64,000 nucleotides of DNA from Antedon mediterranea. Taxonomy: Eukaryota > Animalia > Echinodermata. Position 1 is the stretch's first letter. Each line of letters starts with the position of its first letter. The notes below the pieces were generated by a model. The model saw only the letters and a program-made list of their open reading frames with translations, was not told where the DNA came from and made no database searches. Positions 1 to 14,689 of this stretch are shown here, piece by piece. The DNA lies in NCBI RefSeq assembly GCF_964355755.1, contig NC_092675.1, positions 29,980,912 through 30,044,911 of the forward strand. Reading direction: 5' to 3'. The translations under genes were made by a program, and so were the position numbers.

Positions 1-160
1 AAAACATTAGTTTTTCTGTAATTTACAAATGTTGAGGAAAACGGTATTCAAAATATACCGAGGTCTATAAGAAACGGTTTTGAAAATATACCAGTTTTTA
101 AAGAAAATCGATATTATGACCTGATGTGTAGACTCAATTCAAGTGAAAATGTTTTAGTCT

Positions 161-273
161 CAACGATTATAGAGAACGTCTTGTATAATAAGTCAAAGAT
201 GCTCTCCAGGTGGAATGCCACGATTATAGACAACGTCTTGTATAAGTCAAAGATGCTCTCCAGGTGGAATGCC
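161..273. repeat. Tandem duplication, 2 x ~55 bp
   Basis: ACGATTATAGA..AACGTCTTGTAT..AAGTCAAAGATGCTCTCCAGGTGGAATGCCA occurs twice in tandem. Confidence 0.9.
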
Positions 274-796
274 ATCAGTACTACAGTATTGTTTATTTTT
301 AATTAATTTGTATGTAATTTTACTATGGACCAGAGATTCCGAAATAAAAGATTGAATGAGTACAATGTTTAATTGGCAGCAAAAACAATAGGTCTACTAA
401 TACTAATCTGTATTGGAAAATGTCTCCTAAAACTTAGCAACGTAATGTATTATTATTCTGTAATGTATTCATTCATGTTAGCTAGCAGAGATGCCTTGAT
501 GGTTTGTGGGTCATAAGCACGAACTCAGCAACATATAAGCATTAAACATGTCGCAATAAATCGATTTGTGTTCGTTCGTCAACTTGTATACTTAGCGTGA
601 GCTGAACGTCCCACAACCGAAGCATACTAACATCACGTGTATTCTCTCATATACAACATGAATTTAATAATTGTATGTACGTATTTGTTGCCTCGTCGGA
701 GAAAATAATATTTAAGAGTAAGACAACTTGGATGAATGGCTGGTATACCAAAGCAGAAATCGCAAAACTTGAGATAATACACGCAGGAATCTTAAA

Positions 797-945
797 AGCT
801 GTCTACACTATCAAACGTGACAAAAAAATGTGATGTGCCCATGGAAACGATGATGTCATATCACTACCATATTTGGGATATCACTACCATATTTGGGCAC
901 ATCAGACTTTTTTTGTCAACCTAATTTGATTGTGTAGATAGAGCT
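797..945. mobile_element. Harbinger/Tourist-like MITE, family A
   Basis: TIR consensus AGCTCTGTCTACACTATCAAAC with TWA flanks; shared core GATGTGCCCAT..GATGTCATATCACTACCATATTTGGGC. About 13 copies in the window. Confidence 0.8.
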
Positions 946-1318
946 TTACGATTGTTCCAAAAAATGAATGAATGGACATTTTCTGACTTCGAAAAAGGTC
1001 CCTCATTTTCCACCGACTCTCACAAATTTATTAAACAGGTTAATTTTAAAAGAAAATACTACTCCTTCACATAAAGCAAACATTTTGTCTATAGTCACTG
1101 TAAGGTATAAAAAACACCTAAATAATTAAAATGGTGTAGGAGAAAATAACCCTGATGGCTTAGTGCAGTAAGTGGAAAGTGCTGCAAGTAAGTCTACTTT
1201 GATTCGGTCAACATTATGGATTTTTACAAAATTATTTTAATCCTATTTATATTTAGAGCTAAAGTTCTTTAAAAGCCCATACACAGTATACAGGTTCATA
1301 CATATGATTTATCTTTAA

Positions 1319-1426
1319 AGCTCTGTCTTCACTATCAAACAAACAAAAATGCCCATATATGGACATGATGACGTCATATCACTACCACTTTTTTTGTCAA
1401 ACTAGTTTGATAGTGTAGACAGAGCT
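1319..1426. mobile_element. MITE family A
   Basis: Both TIRs present, flanked by TAA and TTA. Confidence 0.85.
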
Positions 1427-1888
1427 TTAGTAATAGCAATTCTCTAAAACTAAGTAGTTTTATTTAACAATATGCTGTTTAACATTCCATGTCCATGTTA
1501 TTATCAGTTATTTTTGTTCTGTAATCTTTGGAAATTAAATGAGACATCTATCTAGATTTTAGAATTGACAAATTGATACATAGTTATTGTTTCTCAATCA
1601 AAGAAAAATCTCAATATTTCTGTCACGTACAATGTAAAAAATATTAAACAAGAAGAGGATTTAAAGATGAAATAATGTATCAAATGTCTAAAATAAGCCA
1701 TAAATCAGTGATAGAGTACTTCTTATTTGTATACAATCAATTAAAATATCTTCAATAAATCTATACATCATATTATATTACAATTATATAATAATTTTGA
1801 TTCAAGCCTCTTAAAATATCATATACTTTTCACTTTTTATATTTAATAATGTTGCTTCATACTAATTTGCCAAATAATTAATATCTAA

Positions 1889-2010
1889 ACCTCTGTCTAT
1901 ACTAGTTTGGCAAACAAGTGTGATGTACCCAAAGATGGTAGTGATATGATGTCATCATGTCCATATATGGGCACATTTTTCATATACAGTTTTCTAGTGT
2001 AGACAGAGCT
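1889..2010. mobile_element. MITE family A
   Basis: Both TIRs; core in the opposite orientation. Confidence 0.8.
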
Positions 2011-4689
2011 TTAGGTGCAATAACTCTTTGTTATTTATTTAAATAGAAAGTCCCAATTTCACTTAATTCGTTCACTTTAATCATACACGCATATTAATTA
2101 GTTTATTTTCAACACCTATTTTTTGTGAAATGTATTTGTATATATTAAGTTGTACTGTCTTTTATGAAAACACACAGTATAGTGACCATGCATTTTTATA
2201 TTTATTTCTTGCAAATAATATTGCATTTATTTAGGCCATACTCTGATATTGTGTTGCTTTCATACAGGCTGTTGCAAAATGGACTGTTGACGGCAATAAG
2301 AGTATACACCCCTGACAATAGTTAGCAATCTACTTTACATCATTCAGCCTTTTATCATTACTCCCAAGTCTATCATAAAATCTTTAAGCATCACTTAACA
2401 TGTGAGAGGACTATTCCACGGATAACAATCATATTCATGTTGACTCCCATATGCCTGGTTGTAAACATACAGAATAATAGCATGCCATATCTTTTTTTGG
2501 TACACATTTTAAAAGCACTACGGCACTTACTCAGATGTTTTAACCTCTGCAGAAGTTCATTATAAACCGACTGCTTGACAGAACTACAGATTTATGACGA
2601 CATCACGGCGGTATGCGTAAACTATAACACTGGTTAATAATGTTCTCTAAAACTCTAGTTCTACTTTTATCTAAATAAAACTCAATAATACATGAAAATA
2701 ATAATATTCTTTTATAATAATAATACAATTGACAGTGTTTCATTTTATTATAATTAGCCCCAATATTAGTCAGATTTCTTTGATCTGATGGGTACATCTG
2801 ACATACATATTTTAACTGCAATAACTTTCAGAATGTAACACTTTCAGGTTGAACAGAAAAAGCTAAACTGCAATGTAGACGGTAACATGTAACATAACTA
2901 AAACAGAACAGTTACTAATAAATTTAAAAAGTCTCATTATCTTAAATTCCTAATTAGAAATAATCAATTAAGATTTAAGACCAGGATTAAATTAACATTA
3001 TGCTACTGTATGTTAGGATTGAATCTTGAATATTGAATTAGAAATAATCAATGTTTATTAGGTTTAAGATCAGTTGTAAGCTGTTTTGTATTCAGTATTC
3101 AGTATTTATTGGTACTCACTTTCGAATCAGTGGCACACACTATTCGGTGGTACGTCCATACAAATATAAACAACAACATATAAAAGGTAAATGATGATAA
3201 AACTTACATAATTAACTTACATTGAAAAAAACAAAAACAAAAACAAAAACAAATGTACAGTAGTAATTGCACACTTGAGTAGATACTTAAAAACAATTGT
3301 ATAACGAGCAAATCAATAAATCGATGTAAATCGATGTACACACTGTACAGTATGGAATGAAAAACTGGCAAAGGACAACTAATTAGGAGAAAAATTCAAC
3401 CATGGAATAACACAACCATTTTTGACACATTGTAATGTAAGTAATTCATTCATTCAGAGATAATAAATAAACAAAGTACAGTAAGGCGGCGTGTAAGCGT
3501 AGATCTTGAGGATGGTTCCAAGACAGACATCTTGTGGATGTGTATTGTGGGCTGTTTAAAAGAATCAACATTTTGTAATTGATTTCTTTTTGTTTGTTTT
3601 TTTTTTGAGAGGGGAAGGGTTGTGCAATTGGTGTTTTTTGTAGAGAAGTGGGGGTGTGGGGGTTAGTTATTATTATATTTCAATTTGAATATCTCAACCA
3701 CCTGTGTTCATTTAAAGTTCAGATTCTTATCCGAATAACATTAGGAACACACTGGTACTTTTGAGAATAGTTGACATGACAACAACAAGTATTGAAATAC
3801 CAGCAGAAGCACTTATTGCCAACACATTTTCATCATTACAAATGTCAGCATAAAGTTACTAGATGCAAGAACTAGAAATAGAATTGAAACGGCTGACTTA
3901 TATGTCATTTCAGATTCCAATAAATCTATATTTATATCAGGTTAATTCATCTCCTTCTTGTAACTTCAATCTTAGATTCTATTTGTGTGCAGCCAGTGCC
4001 AGTGAAAGTTCAACGGTATTCAGAACGATGAATAATATATTCACAATTAATGCGGCAGAAATCCATTATCAATATTAGTACTAAACTTTCAACTAAAATT
4101 AAATTAATCAATAGTCATTGAACTCTAATGATCCTAAATAATTCTCAAGTTTAACCAATCTAATAAATTACACTTGGAGATATTAAAAATACTATCACAG
4201 TGACAATCATATTGTATAATTCATAAACTAAAATATGCAAATATTTTACTGCTTGGACACGAAAGGTCTAATATTAATAAACTTTGTGACGACTGATGTA
4301 GCAGCCTATCCGACCTATGACCTATGACCTATAACTATGTCACGTTAATTTGTTATGCACAAAGAAGTTAGGAAGTGCTTCTGCACACTATACCATCAAC
4401 AACATAAAGATCTTTGGTGGTTTCTAGGTTCAAGCAATGGCCGGTGACACATTCATTGACATGACCTGTTCCGGGTCATCGCAATTTGAAAGCTATTATC
4501 TAACAACCCATCCAAAGTGACCTCAGGTCTAGGTCAAGAAGACACTAAAAAACATATCACCTGAAATCAGAGACTATCAAAGACCCCGCATGCGCACAAA
4601 CCCTGCTTGATCGTTAAGCAGTATTCGAAAGAAGAAGAAGAAGGTCAGCTATGGACATCCTCAGAGTAAATGTTCCATTTTCGAGATTG

Positions 4690-4970
4690 GATGTCTTGAA
4701 TAGGATCCCAATAATTGGAATGAATTGCTCATAAATAAAATAAATATATTACAATTATTATTATTTGTTTGAAAATATTTTCTTGTTCTTTAGTATAACT
4801 ATTAATATCATATTGCTAATTAAAATATTAGATGTCTTGAATAGGATCCCAATAATTGGAATGAATTGCTCATAAATAAAATAAATATATTACAATTATT
4901 ATTATTTGTTTGAAAATATTTTCTTGTTCTTTAGTATAACTATTAATATCATATTGCTAATTAAAATATT
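4690..4970. repeat. Near-perfect tandem duplication, 2 x 141 bp
   Basis: GATGTCTTGAATAGGATCCC...TTAAAATATT starts at 4690 and again at 4831. Confidence 0.95.
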
Positions 4971-5592
4971 TTTTTAAATATGATTAAATTAGAATTGGTA
5001 AACGAATGAAATTATCTTGTACATAAACAGATCTACAAAACATGTTCACTTAAGCCTGTTTATTGATTGATGCTGAATCCAGCAAAGTAACAATCAACTC
5101 ACAAGCAAAACTCTTCCCTACGGAGCCAGGTGCTCTTAAATTTCAATTCCCTTAGGAGATAGCAGCAGAGTGGCAACACGGTATTAATATATTTATTACT
5201 TGAGGAGATAATGAGTTTATCAATAGAATATGCTAAAAAATTTGGTGGATACAGTCTGTAAGGGGTTCTCTCTTACATTCATTAGATTACAAGATGAAAT
5301 TGATTTGGTATTACTTACAATCTCGGTCCGACTCAAATTTCAGATTGAATCGAATTGAAATATAAAATAATTACAAAATGTTTTCATCAGAGAATTTCAA
5401 AGCAGCTCATTTACATAATTACCACAATTTTGTATTAATAATTGAAACATATTTTTATTTGTTGCAAATAGCTATAGGCTATTATCGCAAAATATGGCAT
5501 AATACTTTTTAAATTATAATTACAGTAATAAATATTGATCCAGAAAGGTTTTTGTGGGATGATGGCGAGAAATACAGAGTAGGTCTGCATCA

Positions 5593-5975
5593 GGAGGGAG
5601 AGGTTGAAAAGGGGATGGGAGGTTGGAAAGGGGAAGATGGAAAGGGGAAGATGGAAGGGGAGGGGAGGTTGGAAAGGGGAGGGGAGGTTGGAAAGGGGAG
5701 GGGAGGTTGGAAAGGGGAGGGGAGGATGGAAAGGGAAGGGGAGGATGGAAAGGGGAGGGGAGGTGAAATGGGAAGACGAGGTTGGAAAGGGGAGGGGAGG
5801 CTGGAAAGGGGAGGGGAGGTGAAATGGGAAGACGAGGTTGGAAAGGGGAGGGGAGGCTGGAAAGGGGAGGGGAGGTGAAATGGGAAGACGAGGTTGGAAA
5901 GGGAAGGGGAGGTGAAATGGGAAGACGAGGTTGGAAATGGGGAGGGGAGGTTGGAAAGGGGAGGTTGGAATAGGG
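5593..5975 (+). repeat. Polypurine G-rich minisatellite (~19-bp unit GGAAAGGGGAGGGGAGGTT, 56-bp higher-order repeat)
   Basis: Unit visible directly; variant GAAATGGGAAGACGAGG recurs at 5765, 5821, 5877 and 5914. Confidence 0.9.
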
Positions 5976-8900
5976 ATGGCATCTTCCAAATTTGAGCGGC
6001 TGTTATCGTCATGCATTGAATCGGCCTTCATCAGACACCAAACAAAGTTATACAGTCTATCAAAAGGTCAACATAAATGTTAAATTGATTAGAATAATTT
6101 TGTAAATGAATGTCTTTAATTAATGTTTAATTAAAAACAGGATCACCAATGATGTAATAGTCACATAAACAGCAGTTTGATTTATCAGTAAAGCATTTTT
6201 TTTAACCTAGAATGAAATAATAGTGTTTTCAAATCTTCAGGAGGATACATCTCATTTTAGTGGACTTAAATCATATATTTAGACGAGTTTACCAACTGTC
6301 AGGCAGTACTTTGAAATCATAACACCTTTGGCAATTTATCAAGGCTAGTTATGAGCAGATTCTCATTTAAATTTTCACACTTGATACATCATAAATGTTC
6401 ATGAGAACAACATCTTAAATCATGAATTCAGGTAAATACTTTAATGTACTCAGAATTTCGAAATTTGCGATAACATATATATATTTAATAAGACCAGTTA
6501 AGATAGGATAAAGTGATTAAATAGAAATTGTACCTTTGTTTTCTTTTATTTATTATTAGTTTATTTTTTTTTTTTTCCTTTTTCATATTTAATGTTATAT
6601 CTTTGGGTGGGTCTTTCTGACTTATAAGTCTCATCCCACATGACTGAACTATTTTTATTTTATTTATATGCAATTTTATGTATTACCTAGGTTTAACATT
6701 GTCCTTGTGAACTGTATTCATCATGTATGTTTATTGTGGACATAAATTGAGATTGAAAAATATTAGTGACTTATGTTTAGTGCTTTAAAAAAACTGAACT
6801 GCATTGCACTGCTGTTGAGAGATAGGTGGTATGGTGAAATGGTCAGGACTAGCATGTGAAAGGACATGTGTTGAGACCTGCAATGGCATAATGTAGAGAC
6901 CTGAGCCCCATGGTTTAGGAACACTAAGTGGCCCTCCAACTCTGAGGCATCGGGCGTTTTTAACTTTTTTTGACATATTTCAATGCCTGTTTTTTCCTTT
7001 AGGCACTGCTCAGTAGCCCATGGGTTTAGCCAGTGAGTGCTCATAGCCGTTAAGCCACTGAACACCTTTCTGTGTCATATTAATTGTATCTTTAGGCAAT
7101 ATAGATACAGTACATCACTCAGTTCCATAACTCAGTCTATACCAGAAACCAATGGCACAACCTATATGATCCACATCCATGCTTTAATGCTTAAAATAGC
7201 ATTATACTGTAGTGCCCTTTATACAGTAATGTCCTAATTTATGCTACAATTAATCTCTTGCCTTAGAAGTCCAGAACTGGGCCCTCTGAACAGTACAGTC
7301 CTATACTGAGGAGGTCACCCAGTATTATTAAGAAGAATTATAGGTAGCTAAACAAACTAATGAATGATTAACAAAAACTGTTTTAGTAGTTATATAATCA
7401 AAGTAGATTAAAATATTGTAATGCTAAAGAGGATTTGCTGGTATAAACTCTGGTTGAACTGTGTATCATCGTCTTTAAATGGATAATCAACTTTGGAAGC
7501 TAATAAGCTGATCTCCTTTATGTCAACCAAATGCTGCTTTCATAAGAACAATTACTCGACAAAATTAAGCATTTACTTTCAAAATCGTAAGTACTGTAGG
7601 ACATCTACTTTAAAATGTTTAGAGAGCTTTTGCTGTCGCAGATCAAACGTTCCAACCAATTTCAATTTGACAGTGTGCTACCCTTGTTTAAGAACCTATT
7701 AAGCTTTTAATTTATCTATATTAATCTAACAATTCCTATTTTGAAAGAGTCTTCTAATTTGTTCCTTGTGGTCGTGTTGAATGCACAGAACGAGGTATTT
7801 TTCAGCTGTTACCTAACACATTTTATAGTGCGCTTGTTACTTGTTTGGACATTGATTTATTTTATTATAGTTTAAATGTATTTAAAGGTAAAATATTTTA
7901 ATCTCTGAAATGTTCCAATCTATATGTTATTGTTGCTAATATCAATATATTATTATAGTTTATTATGTTTAGATTCAACCTGTTAGTGGCATTTTCATCG
8001 CTGTTGGTTGTGAACTGAATAAAATTTAAATAAATAAATAAACTAAATTCTTGTTTAGAAAGAGTCTTCTTATAATAATGCCCTATTATTAGGTTAGCTA
8101 ATTGACAAAACTTATAAGTGAACTTTAATTTTAACCAATTTCAAAATAGTGTGAATAGTGTGCTAATGAAATACAGAAAGAATAGGATTCAAACACATAT
8201 AAATTGATAGATTCCCGAAGGTGACGTTCATAATCAGAATATTAGGTTAAGGGCCATCAGCATTTACATTCAGCCATGAACCTTACAAACTGAAAGCTTC
8301 ACCTTTTCTTATTAAATACATAAATTATGTTGTATCTAATAATTTTATTCTAATCCTATCTGATGGGTTCCAATCTGTAATATTAAGATTTAAAATAACC
8401 AAATCAAATATATATTTGAGAGTTAAAAATTTTTTTTTTTATGTATAATGGGTTTAGAAAGGTTGCCCTTACTGTATATATGCATTAACTATTTATTCTT
8501 CAATGTTTCAGGGCTGAACTTGATTAGTTTTGATAATTAATGTTTGTATGTATAAATAATAAATAATCAGTTTACAAATTAGAGATACAAAATATATGTA
8601 AAAATATTAGAGAAAGTATAACAAAGTACTATTTGTGTAATTGGCAGTGACATACAGTACATTGTCATATTCCATAATTTAGTTTTCTTTGAAAACGCAT
8701 TTTTGCATAGTCTCAATTGAAAATCAATCAGAATCAATTTAACTTTAGAACTGCATACACAATTGACAAAAACACACAACAAAAAAATGTTTTCACTCTG
8801 GATATAAATTTGTTGGCTAGTTAAGGCCACAATTAGTAATTTGTTCATATAATGAGAATACCAAAAAAGAAGATTAAAAAAAAACCATTCAGAATATCAA

Positions 8901-9454
8901 ATAAAAAATAATACAAAAGAATACACAGGAGAAAACTAAATATAATCATTTGTTTCTTTCTCTTTACACTTTCGCTAACAATTAAGTATTTGCTTGCGAT
9001 GATAAAGACTGTTTGTTACGTTATTAACGACCGTTCACAGCTAGCCTCACATAATGAAGATGCAGTAATCACCATTCAACAGTAAACGGAAATGTTCCAT
9101 CTGAGAATTCACGATATCAATCAATCATTAGTACATATTTAAAATGATATTATACGTTGTTGTCATGTAGACCGACATGGCTACAGGCACAGTAGTACAG
9201 TAGGATAGTACGTATTGAATTCAAGTGAATTCTGTCATCATACAGTAGTCAATATTCAAATTCATCCCTTTTTTTTATGTACAATTCAATATAATAACTG
9301 ATGTGTAGGCTTGGTTTGTTTTCTAGTCATATAATGCTTTTCGAGGTTAGTGTATATTAAAATTATCATTGATCTATCTAGGTATTGCTAGTTATGAAAT
9401 AGTAGTATACACGTCAACGTTGCATCCCAGTGGCAGATCTAGGATTTTAAAGTA

Positions 9455-9555
9455 GGAGAGGAAGAGGAAGGAGAGAGGGAAGGAAGAAGAGGAAGGAAGT
9501 GGAGGGAGAGGGGAGGAAAAGAGGAAGCAGAAGAATGGGACAGGAGAGGGGAAGT
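9455..9555 (+). repeat. GA-rich low-complexity tract after a hAT-like end (CAGTGGCAGATCTAGG at 9428)
   Basis: Purine-dominated run; the terminal motif resembles the hAT TIR at 22913. Confidence 0.6.
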
Positions 9556-9851
9556 GTGTTCAAGTGTTCAAACTTAATGTAATGTCCAACAGTATATTTT
9601 GTATTCTAATTTCAACATTTTTCATCCATTACAGATTTAATCAAGTGTAAACATTTATGAGTGCTTTGTTGATATTGTAATGTATACTATGGTAAAGAAA
9701 CCTATTATAAATCCTAATGGGAATACAAATAATGTAATAAAGAAATTAATGTGATTTAAATATACAAAGCTGGAAGACAGACATTATGATGATACAATAA
9801 TATGCTAAAAAGAACCCACAGCCTGATGAGTATTAGGTCCATGCAATATAA

Positions 9852-9987
9852 AGCTCTGTCTACAGTATCAAACTTTATATGACAAAATGTGATGTGCCCA
9901 TAATAGACATGATGATGTCTTATCACTACCATATTTGGGCACATCACACCTTTTTTGTCAAACTAGTTTGATAGTGTAGACAGAGCT
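9852..9987. mobile_element. MITE family A
   Basis: Complete TIRs and core. Confidence 0.9.
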
Positions 9988-11544
9988 TTACAAATATTTT
10001 CAACCAAGAACTTTTATACTGTAAGATTTTCAACTTATTAAGCTCTATCAGATTCCTTCAGAGTTAGCAGAAAAAGTTTAACATTGATATTTTTATGAAC
10101 TGAAATTATATATAGCTCAATATTTGTAACTTGAATCAAACAAATATTGCAATCCGAAAATAAATTAGCTAGACTAGAGACAGTTTGATATGTAAACCAA
10201 AAAGCAGGGCCTATATATTATACAGATGAAATGGTAGGCATTTCAATTGCTACTAAAGTTGTTCCAATCTGTAGTAGGAGGATGGTATTCACAAAGTACT
10301 TCATTAAAAATTATCTGAGATAAAAACATACACTTATTGATGCACAAACTACAAACAAACTCATTACAAAGTGTCTGAGATAAAAACACAAACTAAACAT
10401 ACGTGCTAACATATTGATGTAGAATTCAGCCTATATATTCATAAAACTGCATTAACACATCCTGTACAGTTAGTTTCAGCAAATTGTCAATTCTTTATAT
10501 TATAAAAACAAACTTTAACTAAAACTTAGATGACAAAAGTTTGTCAAGTTCATTAAGGATGTTTTATCATAATATTGGTCACAAATTAAAATGGATCTCG
10601 ATTCACTATTCATAATTATGTTTTTGGATTCATGTGGGAGCGTACCAACGTCATCATTTTCAGCTTACTTGACTGCGGGGACGGTAGGAAGGAGTTTAAA
10701 TTACTTTTTCTTTTATACTAATTTGGCCTACAGTAAATTATTAACTAGAATACTGTTGACTTATCTCTTCTTGGTGTAGTTCATCGTTCGCATATCGTAC
10801 TTCAACATAGGTACAGAATTCATTTTCGTTTCAATTATCTTGTTTGGTTATTATAGAAACTTTTTTTTATAGCAATTTTAATTACTGAAGACAATAATAT
10901 GTTCTTTTTTTAGGCCGACAAAGCTTCTTCTTCAGTAAACACGTATCACCAAACAGCTAGACAAACTCTTTGCCCATTAATGATGGTAACAAAAGAGTTG
11001 ATTACATGGATTTAGAGAATTAACAATCACCACGACGCTGTAATTAAGTTCAACAACATACCCTTTATAAATTAACTGGCAGAAATTTAAACACAGTGTT
11101 TCTTTAAAAGGTATCATATAACCTATAATGCAAATCAGAGGTTAAATGTCTCTACAGTTGAACAAAGAGGAACAGTAAAGCTTTACTTGTACTGTTTACT
11201 CCCTAATTTAAACCACTCTAGCATTCAGACTACAACGTTTGCATAGTAGCATCGTAAATACAGTGTATCAGTTTAATATCGGGTAATAATAGACCTTGCA
11301 ACTACCCAAGCCTTTAATATAGAATTTTACACTGAGCTCAGCTGCAGAGAAGTCCATATTCACCCTCACACCAGAATGTGGGATACACTTTGAAGCTGGT
11401 CTGTGACAAATCCCTGGACTTGTATATGCCAAATAAGTTGAATAAGTCTATTATATACCATGGGTTTTATGTCAACCATTTTTCCCTGCTTTAAAAGGTT
11501 CAAAGAGAAAAAAAATAAGGGGAGGGGGAGGTTATGGATGGATA

Positions 11545-11800
11545 TTTTATTAAGTAGATACCTTTTGGACACATCAAAGTCTCCCCTGAATAAGGATGTC
11601 CCATTGTTTTCCTATTTACATGGGTGTCCACTGAATAGGGGTGTCCTCTAACAGTGGTGCCCACTGAATAGGGGGCCTGCTGGGGTCTTCTAACACGGGT
11701 GTCCTTTGAATAGAGGTGTCTCCATTACAGGGGTCTCCCTGAACAATGGTGTCAAATAAAGGTGCTAAATGGGGATGCCCATAAAGGCGTTCTACTACAG
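11545..11800. mobile_element. Decayed Tc1/mariner-pogo-type MITE with internal ~18-20 bp repeats
   Basis: Repeated GTGTCCCCTGAATAGRGG-like units; ends in GTTCTACT. Superfamily is inferred. Confidence 0.5.
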
Positions 11801-12569
11801 AACGAATCTGGATATCTTCTCTATTGGTTTAACTTTTTATTTAAAACAAAAAAACAAATGGAAAGTACAGTGAAATTGAACAATGTGTACTTGTCACCGA
11901 GTTTACAACTGGTATGGCTTCACATCACAGTAACAATGCTACTACTGTACAGTATGTCATCATTCACAAGCAGATCATATCAGTAGTCATTTGTTTTTTA
12001 CTACAATGGTTCCTGATGATAAAAGTATTATAATACTGTATACTGTATACATGAACAGTCTGCCCATATACCATCCACAGTACATGTAGTATATAGGCCT
12101 GCCACAAACTAAACATATGCAATTTACATTTTCATAACTTAAAAAGTAGAAATTATTAAGTATAGCGGTTTAAGATGACGCTATCGGTTGAAATACTCTC
12201 AGCTGTTGTCTTATCAAGCATAACTGCTGTATTACCGTTAGTTAGTCAACTTTCACGATCGGTTTGTATGTCCATATGGGGACATTAGTACAACAAGTAT
12301 AAAATGCAAAGAATCCAAATCTCCAAACATACGTAAGAATCATGTATGAAATGCAACTTGTAAATGGTTGTAGATTAGACGTCTGTACTTCCTTCGTTGA
12401 TCTTTTGAATCACCAGCAATGTTGAAATTCGTCTTAGAAATTGTATAAACATCGGAGAAGTCATGATTTGATTATTGATTGATGAGTCCCAATTAACTTC
12501 AACAAGTGAAAATATTAAGATGGTTTCTAAGGGTAGCCATACCATGACTAATCCAAAACTTGCTCGAAC

Positions 12570-12682
12570 CATGGGGAGGGAGAGATGGGGAGGTATAGAG
12601 GCGGGGATACGAAGGAGAGACGGGAGAGGAGGGGGAAAGGAAGGAGAGACGGGGAGAGGGGGTAGGGACAGGGAGAGGAGGG
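12570..12682 (+). repeat. GA-rich low-complexity tract
   Basis: Purine-rich run; produces spurious ORFs. Confidence 0.7.
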
Positions 12683-14689
12683 CTTCCCAAACAAATGATT
12701 TACTATTCTGTCGGCATAGGCATATTAAATGATTGATGATCGATCAATGATTGATTAGTATGATTATAAAAACCGATCACTATTCTGATATGAATATGTT
12801 TTAGAATTTTTGTCGTGTCTCTTTCAATTAATTTAAAAACTTCTATTTTTATATCTAAATCTGTTTGATAAATTGGATTTGAAATTCAAATTATTAGTCA
12901 GAAACTAGAACAAAGTAACACTGATAATGTTCAGTCATTTACTACAACACTCTAGTCATCATTGCATTGAAAGCAAGTATCAGCATATTTAATTGCTGCT
13001 CATTTCATTAGCATTCTCCTAAAATATACAGTGCAATCCTGACAGCTATACAGATAAAACACCCTTTAGATGTTGGATTCAAATAGCCTAACAATTACCC
13101 ATCAACACACAAGGGATTTCCGATCTGCTGACACTACACGTACTAACGAACGCAAAATACGTTACGTGATTGATGACCACTGTTCTTTTGCTTGTAAATT
13201 GAAACCATTTTATAGTATCGCAATCCATATTCATGATTCTTTTCAAGAGAGCACATAAAGAGAATACATTTATGAAGACTTAGTTTATTAATGAAAAACA
13301 ACTTTACTTGCCAGTCAAAAAAATATAATTGATGAATCGACATAATGAATAAAGTGATGGCGGCGGGAAACTCAGAAACAGGTTTCATGATTTTCTTTAG
13401 AAATAGCGTGAAACATGGTTTTGGGATGTTTTTTGATTGAACATTTTTTTTAATAATTTTATCGACGACTTCATCTTTATCAGAATAATTTCGTATTTTC
13501 CAACCTAAAACAAATAAATATGCCAAATTATTTAAAAAATTGTAAAACATTTGATGCATAAATGTTTTTTAAACGTTTGATGCCTTTCTGAATTTAATTA
13601 TATTAAATGTTTAAAAACATTTGTTTTTAGGATTATGTATACAACCTAATTAGTCAATATTGTACTAAATCTGAACTTTTAAGTTTACTGTACTTTTAAG
13701 TATTTTGATTTCTTTATTTGATTTATTCATTGGTCTTAGTTAACATGAAGCTTTGCAATGAATACATCTATTTTATATACAGTTCCATAGTATTTTAATT
13801 GTCTGCTGCAATATAGTGCAATACTACATGGCCACACTTGGGCTTCAAAAACTTTACAAAATAGGACTGGTGATCCAATGTTACACTAAGTTTTAGGTTT
13901 ATACTATTTTTCCAATATCAATTTTGAAAAGCAATTTGGGGATTCAAAATAGGGGTTGGGAAAAAAAGTCAAAAAGTGATTTGGTTGAAAAACTTAACAT
14001 TTTTACATTTTACAGTCTATGAGTGACCGAGAAATTTAAATTCAACAAGCAAAATGTAAAATGATCATGTAAAGTTAAAAAATGTTTTATTTACAAGTTT
14101 TGAAAAAATGTTCTTGAAAAAATGGCAGAAAGAAAGAAGAATAGTGAAACTTAAAGGAAAAAAAGATGTTCATTGACAATCACAAGGGTTATCCACCAAG
14201 TGAGGATAACCAAAAATAAAATTATATATATATAAAAAAAAATCCTTATTTATATTATCCTCCTTGTATGATAACTCAATAAATCAAATGATGGCCTCCT
14301 TAATGTAATCTGAATATATGCCTAATCTAAAAACATCACAGTTAGCATGTTAGACAAATACGTGAATGTTGCACATAAAACACAGACAAGGTAATAACAT
14401 ACTGCTCTCTGCTGACAAAATCTACTGTAATGCAACGATTTTACTGATTTTGTACTTGTTATCATAGCATTATCGGTATAGTAGTTGCAGTATTTATTAG
14501 AAAAGTAAAATTATCCCAAATCATACTTTAATTACAGTTAAAAATGTACAGATTTACTTTATATAAATATATTCTAGAAATTTGAAATTGGAAAGCTAAA
14601 ATCATCAAAACAAGACTTTTTTTTAAATATTTAAATGTATAATTCAAATTACCTGTGGCAGGTTATTACAGTACATACAGGCTATAGAG

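Noticed and set aside
2531-2583. Exon-like segment on the minus strand (SVKQSVYNELLQRLKHL) with a GTAAGT donor
   Set aside because: Weak acceptor, length not frame-preserving, no resemblance to the expected next PKG exon.
5435-6031. Five overlapping Pro-rich or Gly-rich ORFs
   Set aside because: Artefacts of the stop-free G-rich minisatellite.
5995-6040. Minus-strand CTGATGAAGGCC resembling a hammerhead start
   Set aside because: No pairing stem II and GATAAC in place of GAAAC; too degenerate to call.
12375-12732. Short ORFs on both strands
   Set aside because: Partly low-complexity; no recognisable domain or consistent splice structure.
13143-13559. 138-aa minus-strand ORF
   Set aside because: AT-biased composition, no motif; likely chance or a repeat relic.
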